Positions 10,355 to 22,484 of a DNA stretch of 64,000 nt are shown piece by piece. The DNA lies in the NCBI GenBank assembly GCA_017654855.1, contig CM030333.1, positions 3,038,001 through 3,102,000 of the forward strand. Direction: 5' to 3'. Position 1 is the first letter of the stretch, and each line of letters starts with the position of its first letter. The notes beneath the pieces are model-generated. The model was not told the origin of the DNA and did not search any database. It worked only from the letters and a program-made list of their open reading frames with translations. Both the position numbers and the translations under genes were made by a program. This DNA comes from Podospora anserina (taxonomy: Eukaryota).

Positions 10355-11355
10355 TACATCGAGAAGACGGCACTCATTTGCAAATAATAATGTATGTATG
10401 TACCTAGGCATCAAGCCAACTGTGGCTGGTTCTGTTCATGAGTATAATGCATGGTTTTGGCGTTTTGGATTTTGCGCAAAACACCCGGAAATAGCTGGTA
10501 TTTTTCGGCTGGTGAGATGTCAAGAGTATATATACCGAGCATGGAGTTTTTAATAGCAATTCAAATCCTTGATCTTCACATGCTCATGACTTTTACCAGG
10601 GCAGTTCCTATCCCAAGCGCTAGAATACTTTTCCTCAGAAAAATATCGCAGTTTCCCATTGTGCGGTAGCGTCGCGTATTCGCCCTTTTTCATGCATCTT
10701 TTGCATGGATATCCACCCTCGGAAATCTGTTCCCTTAGCTGGAAGAGGGCCAGCCTACCAGAATGCGTTCGGAGTCGCGAGAAGTGCGCGAACAACCCCG
10801 GCTGTTGGTCAACTTGGCTTCTTCAAGCTCCTCTCCCCCGCCTTGCTCCCCCCAGACACCCCCAGGTCCCCCCCACCACCGTTCACCCGTTACAGGGGAC
10901 GCAGTGGCGTCTCCCCGCACTCTTGGGAGGTTGATCCCCGTCAGCCAAGACGGCCAAGCACTACCCCAGACTTTTAGCCATCTGGGGCTGTTACGTATCA
11001 GAACCTGAAGATTTCCAAAGCCGAAGCTGATACCCGGTCACACCCACTTGGGGGCTCGCCCTTCGCATGTGGTAGGACCCCAGGATATCGATGCCATCAT
11101 GGATGTTGGGTCTTTGCACCGAAAGCCCGACTGGAGGCTCTGCGGCCCCTCTGCGCCGGCTCTTGGTTGACAGCTGGGACTAGGCCGTGGGAATGGAGTG
11201 GAGATATCAAACCGCTAGCTTAACTTGGATATCGCTCGCGTTTCCGAGATGTTGGGTTTTCAAAGTCATATAAGCTATGATTGGGAAGTCTTTTCGGTGA
11301 TTGTTTGGGCAGAGAACTCAGTCTTCATCTCACCTGTCATACACACATAAGAGAG

Positions 11356-12963
11356 ATGGCTGTCGTCACCCTCCTCATGTCGCCTTGGGCGCCAGTAGGC
11401 CTGGTTGCCTTCTTTTTCGTCTATTATCTCTACCCATACTTCTTCACATACCGTCACCTCAGACGTATCCCAGCACCATTCCCGGCCCAGTTCACCAACT
11501 GGTGGTTACTTCTTGTTGCCCGTCGTGGCGACCGGTACTTGACCGTTGATCAACTTCACAAGAAGCATGGCACTGTTGTCCGCATCCAACCCAACCACGT
11601 CAGCATCAACGATGACGCCGCCATCAACATCATCTACGGTCACGGCAATGGTTTCCTCAAGTCGTAAGTCTTTGCCCTCTTGCTTGCACTCACAGAGACA
11701 GAACATCACTGACATCTATCACACAGCGACTTCTATGACGCCTTCGTCTCCATTCGCCGGGGTCTCTTCAACACCCGCGACCGTCACGAGCACACCCGCA
11801 AGCGCAAGATCGTCTCCCACACCTTCTCGGTCAAGTCGGTCGCCCAGTTCGAGCCCTACATTCACTCCAACCTCGAGCTCTTTGTCAAGCAACTCGACAA
11901 CCTCGTCACCCGCTCCCCCATGAAGACTGCCGTTCTCGACTGCCTCAACTGGTTCAACTACCTCGCCTTTGACGTCATCGGTGATCTCGCCTTTGGTGCC
12001 CCCTTCGGCATGCTCAGCTCCGGCGCCGACATGGCCGAAGTCCGCTCTTCCCCAGACAGTCCCCCGATCTACGCCTCCGCCATCGAGATCCTCAACCGCC
12101 GGGGTGAGGTCTCCGCCGCTCTGGGTATCCTCCCATCCCTGAAGCCTTACGCAAAGTACTTCCCCGACCCGTTCTTCACCCAGGGTCTCGCCGCGGTGGA
12201 GAGCCTGGCTGGTATCGCTATCGCCCGTGTGAAGATGAGACTTGAGAACCCACCCCCCGAGGGCCGCAAGGACCTCCTCCAGAGACTTGTCGATGCCAGA
12301 GACGAAAAGGGTGAACCGCTTGGAAGGGAGGAACTCACCGCCGAGGCCTTGACTCAGCTCATCGCCGGGTCAGACACCACCTCCAACTCCTCCTGCGCGC
12401 TTCTGTACCACGCCGTCCGCACCCCGGGCGTGATCCCCAAGCTCCAAGCTGAACTCGACGCCGCTATCCCCCACTCGATCGACGTCCCCACGTTTGAAAT
12501 GGTCCGCGACCTGCCTTACCTCTCCGCTGTTGTCAACGAGACCCTCAGGCATAACTCGACCTCTGGGATTGGCCTCCCTCGTCAAATCCCGCTTGACTCC
12601 CCTGGCATTCACCTCAACGGGCACTTCTTCCCCGGTGGCACTGTTTTGTCGGTGCCGACGTATTCGGTTCATCATTCAAAGGAGATATGGGGCGAGGACG
12701 CCGATCAGTTCAACCCGGATAGGTGGTTTAGCTTGACGCAACGGCAGAAGAATGCTTTTATTCCTTTTAGTCATGGGCCGAGGGCGTGTGTGGGGAGGAA
12801 TGTGGCCGAGATGGAGATGAAGTTGATTGTGGCTACTTGGGCGAGGAGGTATGAGGTTGAGCTGAGGCAGGAGGTGATGGAGACGAAGGAGGGGTTTTTG
12901 AGGAAGCCGCTGGGGTTGGAGGTTGCGTTGAAGCTTAGGAAGGGGTTCACGCCTTTGGCTTAA
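11356..12963 (+). CDS. Cytochrome P450, CYP53 family (benzoate 4-monooxygenase-like); intron about 11664-11727
   Basis: IYGHGNGFLKS/DFYDAFVSIRRGLFNTRDR, LNRRGEVSA, AEALTQLIAGSDTTSNS, ETLR and heme motif FSHGPRACVG. Confidence 0.9.
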
Positions 12964-13084
12964 GGGGTGGGGGGTAAGAAAGGGGAATGTACGATTATTG
13001 AAAGGGGGGAAATGCGAATAGTATATGATGACATGAAATAAATGTTCAAGTTCAAATTTTTGATGGGCCGTTGCGGGGTGTTGG

Positions 13085-13126
13085 TGAGTAGGTGAGTGAG
13101 TGAGTAAGTGAGTGAGTGAGTGAGTG
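13085..13126. repeat. (TGAG)n microsatellite, imperfect
   Basis: tgagtaggtgagtgagtgagtaagtgagtgagtgagtgagtg. Confidence 0.8.
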
Positions 13127-13455
13127 CCTTCACAACTTTCACTCTGATGACTACTCGTTGCCGAATGCCCGGTATCTCCGATTTACATCAACTCTCCCAA
13201 GCAAAGTCGCAAGTTATTTCGCCATTTGGACAGTTTTGTTCGGTGCTGATGATGGTGATTGACTTGGCCGAGTCGCAACCGAAGATGCTGGGTAGTCGCC
13301 ATCGTGCGTGCCGAAAACGCCATTTGGGGGGTGGCCAGACGACTTATAAGTGACTAGTGATGGCCGCAAGAACATATACAATTTCAAAGAATCCTTTCTG
13401 TTCTGAGTATCCTGTGTGAACCACCTGATATAATTCCGATACATCTCGATTAACC

Positions 13456-14405
13456 ATGACCAGAGCAGACAAACTCGCCGGCAAGAAGATTGCCGTCATC
13501 GGTGGTTCATCCGGGTAGGTACCTACCTACCTCGCACCACACCCCCTTTGTCTACCCTCACTAACAAATCCCCCAACCAGCATCGGCTACGGAGCAGCAG
13601 AGATCCTCCTCTCCGCCGGCGCCCACATAACCATCATATCCTCCACCCAAGAAAAAGTCGACCGTGCCGTTTCCCAACTATCATCTACCGCTGGGGGCAA
13701 CGTCCAAGGCAGAGTCGGCAACGTCCGCGACGAAGCCGCCTTCACTGAACTGCTTCTCTCCCTTGCCCCCCTGGATCATGTCATCTTCTCCAGCGTCGAT
13801 AAAATTATCCGTGGTAGCCTGGCCGAAGCTAACCTCTCCGACGCGGCGGGGTTGTTCGGGGTGAAGTTTTGGGGGAGCTTTGTTGTCGCAAAGGGTGAGC
13901 TGACCTACCTTTTTCCTCTTCTAGATGAACCATGTGCTGATTGAGGTGAAGCCATCGCAAAACACGACATCATCCTCCCTGGCGGCTCACTCACCCTCAC
14001 TTCTGGCGCTGCTGCTCTACGTCCTAAAAAGGGAGCGACGATTGGGGGGGCGCTGAATGGGGGGTTGATTACCGCTACTATTTCTCTTGCTGATGAGCTT
14101 TCGGGGAAGAGGATCAGGGTGAATACTGTTGTCCCGGGGTTAGTCAAGACACCGCTTTTGGGGAAGTTGGGGAATAGTGAGGAGCAGCAGAGGGAGATTT
14201 ATGAGCAGGCGGCCGGGAGGTTGAGTGTGGGGTTTGTTGCTAGTCCGGAAGATGTTGCGGAGGCGTATCTTTATGCTGTGAGGGCGGATTATGCTAATGG
14301 GTCGACGATTGTTATTGGTGAGTTCCACTACCTATTGAATTGGTTTGAAATGTCAGAGGGGGTTTCTAATGGTTTTGTGATACAGATGGCGGTAGTTCTT
14401 TTTGA
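13456..14405 (+). CDS. Short-chain dehydrogenase/reductase, atypical (three introns)
   Basis: MTRADKLAGKKIAVIGGSSG/IGYG Rossmann start, LDHVIFS, IRVNTVVPGLVKTPL, ends IDGGSSF. No YxxxK catalytic motif. Confidence 0.82.
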
Positions 14406-14599
14406 TTGGGGGTAGAAGTGGATGGGGATGCACAATTTGGGAGTCCTGGGGAGTATCTCAAAACCGAGACCAAGATGCAAGGGCTTGATAGTGTGGGACA
14501 TGTCAGAAACGATGCTCAAGGATTGTCAGCGGCTGGGTAGTGTCAGAAATGACTACGGAAACAAAAACATGCCAGCTGTATTGTCCAGTTTAAGGGACC

Positions 14600-15700
14600 C
14601 AACTAATGTGAGATGACACCAAATTTGTCGATGGTGAACCACAAAGGTAGGATAGGTATCCAACAATCACTGCAACCGTCGTATTCCTCATCAGTGAGCC
14701 CTCCCTGACCAGAACATTTGTCCTCGTTGCCAGTGTTCTCGGCTGGTTTCTGGCACTCCTGATCATGTTCTTAATCTTGATGCTTGTCGACAGCCTCCCG
14801 CTTGCCATCTTCGCATCCCGTGCGGTATCCCTCTTCATGACCCTCAGAATGTCCCTCGCCATAATCTTCCTTAGCATCGTTGTGAACCTAATCCGAATCG
14901 TCCTAACCATACAGATAGATATCGTCCAAATCTTCGTCCCAACCTTTGTCGTCCTCCATCTCATCCTTCTTCTTGTCCTCCCCCTCAGAGGACGGCGCGC
15001 AGCACTCGATGTTCTCAAAGGGCCTGTAGACTTCACGCTCAGCACCACACAGTGCTGCAGCACAAAGAACCACCCATTGCACTTCCAGCGCAACTCTCGT
15101 CTTGTGCGCATCTTCCATAAGGGTCTGAAATTTGATCAGAGAACTCGAGGTAGGGGGTCCACCTGGGGCACTGGCCTTGCAATCAGGCATCTAATCCAGA
15201 AGCTCCCGAATTGGCCCCCCGTTACCAGACTCGAGTCGAACGCGCAGGAAACGGACTGGCTGTCCCCGAGTATTTGGATCAGCCTTTAGCTGTCTGCGCA
15301 TGTTCTTCGTGCTGACTGCCTCTGGGAGCCACTGAAACCGGGTGACGATGGTGGCTAGCCCGCGTGTATGATGGGGCTCAAAACGGAGAAAGCGCAGAAC
15401 AAAGCGGACTTCTTTCCACAACGCGGCCACCATGGGATTGAGACAGATCAAATTCCATGTCCCGTTAGGTGATTCCCATGGGTCAGGCGCAGCGATTGGG
15501 TTAAAGTCAGCCCCTGGAATGCTACTATCTACCCGCACTTTCCGGCAGTGGATGGTAAAAGATATGGTGGACTTGGTGACTTGCCATCCTTGTGATGACA
15601 CGCTTGTTGTCGTCAAATTTCCTTCACTGGAAGTTCTGCATCGCATGCTGGTCAAAGCTGAAGGAGGAATCCCAAAGAATCTGCACCGTTTAAAAGTACT
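14600..15700 (-). pseudogene. Decayed fungal HNH_2-like endonuclease-domain gene
   Basis: DDNKRVITRMASHQVHHIF (frameshifted), WNLICLNPMVAALWKEVRF and LEVQWVVLCAAALCGAE, then an acidic tail. In-frame stops TAG 15193-15191, TAG 14905-14903, TAG 14890-14888 and a later TAA. Boundaries approximate. Confidence 0.55.
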
Positions 15701-15913
15701 CTCGTCAGTCTCTACCCTATCTTAGATTCAAACGACCTGCCCGGTGTTAGTTGATAGGTAGGTGACTATGACTGGGTGCAGCCACAGTCTGGCGCTTCAC
15801 ACAGAATTCAAATAAGATTCAAACGCAAACAGAACTTGCTTTCACTCCCACCCCTCACGAAATCCCTACCCAGCCTCAACTCCAAACGTTAACCACCCAC
15901 GACAGAACTCCAT

Positions 15914-16528
15914 TTAAACAACCCTCCTCGTCTTCCCACTCTCAACCTCATAAACCCACCCACTAATCGTCACGCTATCAGGCACAAGCTTGCTCGCCTT
16001 CAGAAAAGCCACATCGTCCTCAACCGCCTTCTCCAGCTCGGGGAAAGGCAAAAAGTCAAGGTTCTTGGCCTTGAGTTCAGCCACGGCTTCCTCACTGTTT
16101 TACATGTTAGCCTCTCTCACAACCACCTAAAATCCGTAAACCTACCCAAGATTCTTCTCAACAATCCCATAAGCATCCTCATTCTTGAACGTCAGCATCC
16201 CACAGCCAGTGTGCTTGACAAGGACGATCTCGTTCGTGCCGAGGAGCTGCTCCGAGATGACGATGGAGCGGAGGGCGTCGACCGCGCTGGCGCCGGCCTT
16301 TTCATTTTCTTAGTCTGATGTTCAGTCTCAAAGAGGGAGTGAACTCACATTGCGGATAACATGCGCATCACCAAGCTCAATCCCAAACGCCCTCGCAGGG
16401 TCAATTCTCGCGTCCATGCAAGTCAAAACAAGATATTTCTTCGCCGGGGGCAGAGCCAAGTGCCCTTGGGTAAAAGAGGCAGAGTACGACTCGGAGGTCT
16501 GCTCGACGTTCTTTTGGATGGCGGACAT
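15914..16528 (-). CDS. Beta-class carbonic anhydrase (D-clade-like; two introns)
   Basis: LTCMDARID, HVIRN/AGAS and VKHTGCGM zinc ligands; C-terminal SGWVYEVESGKTRRVV. Confidence 0.92.
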
Positions 16529-17477
16529 GGTCACTATCTGTGGTTGATAAAGATCTGTAGGTGGGAAGAAGTGAGGTGAGCAAACTCAGGCTTGGAAAAC
16601 CAAAAACATCAAGACAAAACAACAACAGCAACAACAACGAGAGTAAAACTACTCTTTGCAATATGATAGAGAATGAAAAAGAGAAAATTAGAAACAATAG
16701 CAGCACTCTCTCCTCTCCCCCTTATATACTTGACTCGAAAAAATAACATACCAAGGCAATCCCGGATTTAGGCACGGACGAACAAAAACACACTGTCGAT
16801 TAAAACCACCAACAACAACAAAAATACGGTTATGAAATCCTTCCTCGCTGTATGGCGGCGGCGAATTTGTGTCAAATCATCAGATCAGGAATAATAAACC
16901 GGGGGAAACAACCAAAATTATAACATCTCAAGTCACACAGTTCCCCCCCTCATCTCATCAACCTCCCTTCAAGCGAGAATCCCCGCCAAGACAAAGCTGA
17001 AGCAGCCTTGGCACCTCCGCCAAGTGGGAGTTGGAGCTGTTTCCGGCAAGGTCAGCCATGTCGTCCACAAATAAATGGAGACCAAAACATAAAAGAAGAG
17101 CCTTGATGAGATAGTGAAAGGCCTTCATCTTGTGTAGCTGGGTCCATTATTTTGTCCGCCATGTGTCAGCGGAGCTATCACCCCCATGACGTGCTCAGCA
17201 CCCCCCAAATCCACCGATCAAATCCCACGATGTTTGAGATTCCTCATGGTTCCGTCCCAATCACTCGTGCAGAAACACCTGGTACATCATTGCATCAAGC
17301 AGCCACAACCTCTCGCCATCAAGATGATCGGCGCTTTGCATATCCCCTCTCCCCCACCTCTGGTCAGGTTAGCAATATCGCCGATAGTATACAATAGATA
17401 GGGCGCAATAAAAGTACACGCTGTCGTTGGATATATTTACAACGGTATTAACAAGTTACCATGTCAGAATGAAGGAC

Positions 17478-19033
17478 TCATTCCTCCTGGCCCCTCGCCC
17501 TTTTCCTATTCCTCCTCGCCAACAGCCTTTCCTTCTCCTCCAGAGCCCGCTTCGCCTCATACTCCTGCGCCTTGGCAAACGTAGCCTTGTGAGTAGAGTT
17601 ATCCTGCCATTGCTCAAGCTTCTGCTGCGCAGCCGCCTTGGTCGACTTCAAGCTCTCAAAAAGGGTCTCCTTTTGTGGCACCACGGTCCCCTTGGTATCC
17701 AGAGTTCTCGGGGCCTGGTACGCTCCGCCAATAGGGGACCTATGGTGGCCCCCAAAGACCACTGGTCTCAAACCGATCATCTTGCGGAACCAGTTCTGAT
17801 ACGTGAGCCACTGCTGCCCAAACTGCAGGAAAGTAGAGATCGCAAAGTAGAGTTGGAGACCGGCGGGCAAGAAAATGCTCACACCGAGGGTGATTGGCGC
17901 TGCGACCATGGTCATGATCTTCATGGTTCCTTGCTGCGAGGAGGCCATGTACGGGAGTGGTACCTAGATAGATCACAACAATTAGCTCAGCATCATCTGA
18001 CAAAAAAAAAACCAAAAAAAAAAACCAGAGCTGTGGTAACAACATACCCTCATACTAGCAATCATCAACCCAGCACCCACAATCGGCAAAATAAACAACG
18101 GATCCGACACGGTCAAATCATTAAACCACAACGCCCCACCCGTCTCCATCGACGGCACCGGCAAATCAGCCATTCCCCTGATCAACCTAAACATCCCAAA
18201 GCCCACGGGAATCTGCACCAAGGCCGGAACACTCGCAGGCAGCATCTTGTACCCCACCGCCCGTCTCATCGCCTTCATCTTATTCCTCTTATCCAACATG
18301 GCATACTGATCCGCCTGGCCCCCCTGAAAAGCCGACATGACCTCCTTCTCCAGCTGCTCATACTTGGGATCCCTCTTCAGATCCTGCAGCTTCTGCGCCA
18401 TTTCCGCAGCCGTAAACATAGGCTTGACAAGAACCGCCCTGATGGCAAGCGAGACAAGACCGATCGACGCCCACCACGGGAGGCCCGTGTAGATGTACGT
18501 GTGCTCGAGGATCCATTCCATGAGGGCTGTCGGGCCGAAGCCGTAGTCTAGACCCAAGTTCTTGAGAAAGCCGATTTGCTCAGGCATGTTGAGGAGGTCG
18601 CTTCCAGAGAGGGATACGGGGGTGGTGTCGATATCCGACAGGACAGAAGGGCTCGCGATCGGATCTACCACTGGAGCAGCGGCAGCGGCGGGGGCGGGGG
18701 TTGGGGCGACGGCCGGTTGAGTCGAGGCATACCGCACGGCTGTGAAGGCAGCGGGACCACCTATCCTGCTCCCAGAGAGGACGGTGCGAGGAGTCTGAGG
18801 AAGGGATCCATTGCTGCGCAGAGCGGTGCCGAACTGTCGTGTTGAGATTCGGGAGGACGACGACTGGGGAAGTTCCAAATGTCAGCGGTGGATATGGGAA
18901 GAGGAAAACGGAAACGGCTCAATTGAGTCGAGAGGTCGCTAAGAAACAAGGAAAAAGAAATTGGAAAAATGCATACCTTTCTGGCAAGGCCCAACGAAGG
19001 GGTTGACCTCAGTATACCTCTACTTGGGAGCAT
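17478..19033 (-). CDS. oxa1: Mitochondrial inner-membrane insertase Oxa1 (two introns)
   Basis: Arg/Ser-rich presequence MLPSRGILRS; GLPWWASI, QIPVGFGMFRLIRGMA, GGALWFNDLTVSDPLFILP and PAGLQLYF; basic C-terminal tail. Confidence 0.92.
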
Positions 19034-19583
19034 TTTGTCTCGGTGGTTTCCGCAACGAGGCAGACTCCAGAATCGCCTTCTAAAAGTCGCTGTAACTTTT
19101 TTTTTTGGTACGTTTCGCTGGCGCACGCGGCAAAGGTTCGGTTGGTGCCCCCCCTGGTCGCACTGACCCCACAATTGATCAACACCGGACGGCGCATTGC
19201 CAAGGCCAGAGCATGTCCTAAGAGAAACCGTGCAGAAGCTGGAAGGCATCAACCCTTCTAGGGAACAAGCCAGAAATGTGGGATGGGGATTCTGAGACTC
19301 TTCATGGTTGGATTTTTGGACTAGCTGTTATAGTGACTGTCCCCGTATGTCTGTATTTAAAATGCTCAACGGTAGCACCCTCCTCGCCTTTTGCCCTGAG
19401 TCGAGTGTGATATGTTGTTTGGTCACCATATAGTTCCAGTTTGGATCTCTCACGCTGTCCAGCACCAGTGTTCATGCCCATCGGCTCCACCGAGGCGGTG
19501 GGCGCTCTAAGCTGATAGTAACCTATTCTGTCGTGTGTTGGTGTATCATGACTTTATTGCTAGCAAATCGACAACCCTCAACA

Positions 19584-20031
19584 TCACTCCAAGCTCGTCA
19601 GGTCGTCAAGTTCCCTCCGCCTCGGCTTCTCGACCGCTTCGATACCTGGCCCAATCGGATGCGCTTGTCTTCTAGTAAGAGGGAATATCTATCAAAAAAA
19701 ATACCATGTCAGCAATATCCTTCCAACAAGCACAGGATCAGGCTTAAATGTAGCATACCCTTGTGTTGCTCCATCCCAACCTGAAAGCCGCCTCATGAGC
19801 AAACAGCTCGCCAAACCCAAGCATCATGCCATTAACGAAAGGAAGAAACAGGTTGATGGCAGCACCGCGGAGGATAGACCAGAAGGTGGGGGGCTGGTAG
19901 AGGATGACGGCGGGGGACGACGACGAGGGTGGTGACGTAGACAGCTCCTCTGGGGAGGAATACTGCTCGCTGTCGGAGCGGATCGTGACACCGGACTCGG
20001 CCATGGGGTTTGGGGGTTCTTCAGAAGCCAT
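19584..20031 (-). CDS. mim1: Mitochondrial outer-membrane import protein Mim1/Tom13 (one intron)
   Basis: AAINLFLPFVNGMMLGFGELFAHE..FRLGW signature; exon 2 ends ELDDLTSLE*. Confidence 0.9.
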
Positions 20032-20707
20032 GTTGGTGTGGATTTGGGGTTGAGTGAATCCGGCTGAGATTTGGGTAGCCGGCGACGATGGGACAGGAAC
20101 ACTATGCCGACGTCCGGAGATGCAGCGAAGCACTGGACGTCGCAAAACGCTTGGGCAGCCGACAGGGGAGCCCGGAGTGCCTGCCGGAGCTAGCTGCGTT
20201 TGGTTAGGGAATCGGTGGTCGGGGGCCAGATAATCCGGCTTGGCTGATGTATGAGGTGTCGACCGTAGGTGTTCAAGCTTTCTTTCTCGAGTGCAAGATG
20301 CTCAGTTTGAAAACATTTTCTTATAGAAGCAATATAAAGCAAGTAAATCGCTTCTATACCAGACATTTGGTCGATTTAAGGGCTCATTTTCATCATGGAG
20401 CTAGGCAACTGTGGTTGACAGCTGAGTACCTACCTTGGACGTCGGCGGGGTCAAGCAACCTGGATGGCGGATGGCGGATGGCGGGGCAATCAGACGCCTG
20501 GCCGTGCGTCGTTCGTCACGTCGGCCTTGAGCTGCCTGATGGCCATCCACTCTCCAACTTCCCCAAACTGTCAAACTAATAAGCCTTCCGAGCTGTATCA
20601 ACGACACAACAACTTCTGATTCCATCGACTCCGACTTTCCAAGGGACGATAGCTGTCTGCTTATTTCAATCCATCCATATCACGCATTCAACCGAATCAC
20701 GTTCATC

Positions 20708-22072
20708 ATGGCGGATCAAGACCATGACACGCTGATCAGCAACTTCTGCGACTTGACAGGCGCCTCGGCCGACCAAGTATGTGATATTCTCAACACGGCA
20801 TACCTCGTAGCAAGATCCTAATGTTCGACGCTTTCTAGGCCACAGAATACTTGACAGCGACCAATTGGGATGTCAACACCGCCGCCGCCGCCTTCTACGG
20901 CGATCTTGACGAAAACGAGCAAGGCCCCTCTTCCACCGGCGCCGCCACTGCCACCACTACCGACGCCGAGTACACCGGTCCACGAACATTGGATGGCCGA
21001 CCGGCACCTGAGTATGCTGGTACATCCTCTTCGACCTCAAAGAAGCCCGTCAAGCGTCGCGGCCTCGCGACTCTGAGCTCCATAGGCGGCGGTCGCAACC
21101 AAGAAGACGACGATGACGACGATGACGAGAGCGATGACGACAATCGCCGGGGACCCAGGGATTTGTTCGCAGGCGGCGAGAAGTCGGGACTTGCTGTTCA
21201 AGATCCTGCTCAGCGGTCCAGCGATCCGAGAAAATTGATCAACGATATCGTTGCCAAAGCCAGAGCGTAAGTGTTGCCACTCTCTGTCGTTGGGTCGCCA
21301 GATCTAATTGCTAACTTCTTTCTCAAACAGCAATGCCACCGAGAGTAATCCCGCATCTTCCCCCGCTGCAGGCCCCTCATCGAGTCGCTTCAGTGGCTCC
21401 GGTCAGACATTGGGCGGAGATGGCGTAGAGAGTCGCACTATTCCTAGCTCCAGAGCTGCTGGGGCCGTTCCCGAGGGGCCTGCGCAGGAGCGGATTCTCC
21501 ATATCTGGCGTGACGGCTTTAGCATTGATGATGGGGAGCTTCGTCGTTTTGACGACCCTCAGAACAGGAGCGACTTGGATATGATCCGCAATGGACGGGC
21601 GCCAATCCATCTCATGAATGTCCGCATGGACCAACGGGTCGATGTCAAGCTCCAACAACACGACGAGAACTACCGCCCTCTGCCCAAGATCTACCGACCC
21701 TTCGGCGGTGAGGGCCGTCGATTGGGTAGCCCTGTGCCCGGTGAGGTAACACCAACCCTCTCCCCTCCGGCCGCGACTACGACACAGCCTCAGGCCAGCC
21801 AGGCCCTGAGCACCGGAGTGGATGAGTCGCAGCCGACCTTGATGCTGCGCATTCAGCTTCCCGACGGAACCCGCATGCCAGCCCGATTCAACCCCACGCA
21901 GACAGTCGGCGATGTCTACAACTTCATTGGACGCTCGTCTTCCTCGCTTTCAGCCCGTCCGTGGGTTCTCTCCACCACATTCCCCAACAAGGACCACGAA
22001 GACAAGGGCTTGGTGTTGGGTGACATGCCCGAGTTTAAGAAGGGTGGTGCTGCTGTCGTCAAGTGGAAATAG
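20708..22072 (+). CDS. shp1: Cdc48/p97 cofactor Shp1/Ubx1 (UBA-SEP-UBX; two introns)
   Basis: UBA-like N-terminus, LFAGGEKSGLAVQDP, SHP boxes FSGSGQTLG and FGGEGRRLG, SEP (WRDGFSIDDG) and UBX (RIQLPDG..TTFPNK). Confidence 0.92.
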
Positions 22073-22484
22073 GCCTATTTCCAGCATTGATGACAAGCGC
22101 CAGGAACAATTTGGCTTCATAGTATCGGCGTTTTGATGGTTTGGCGGCACTAGACCAAGCGATGGACAACAGTGTATCTGTCGGTTTTTCGTCCCGAGAG
22201 CTGTGTCCAGCTTTGAGACCGGCTGGTCTTTTCAGCAGGGGAAAGATCAAATAAAAAGTAAAACCTGCTCATAATTACATGCTGCCTTGTGTTTATTTGC
22301 CCAACCATTTTGAACACCTTTGACGCCGCTGCTGTGGTACTATCCCAACCCGTGATGTTTGCACGGGCTTTCTCTTTTTCCACCACCAGAAATACAACAC
22401 CAAAAAAAAAAGAAAACACTAGATAGTTTTTCCATCACTGAACATGCCTTTTCTTCAACTGTTTGGATGAGCCATCCCATGCTC

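Noticed and set aside
11356-12963. CYP53 as part of the NRPS cluster (aryl-acid supply)
   Set aside because: It is about 19 kb away and separated by core housekeeping genes (oxa1, mim1, shp1, gtr1).
13456-14405. SDR as a pseudogene because it lacks YxxxK
   Set aside because: The spliced frame is intact with plausible introns, and atypical SDRs lacking this motif exist.
17427-18551. 374-aa antisense ORF over oxa1 (similar long antisense ORFs at 27059-28138 and 46286-47569)
   Set aside because: No recognisable motifs; explained by codon bias of the sense genes.
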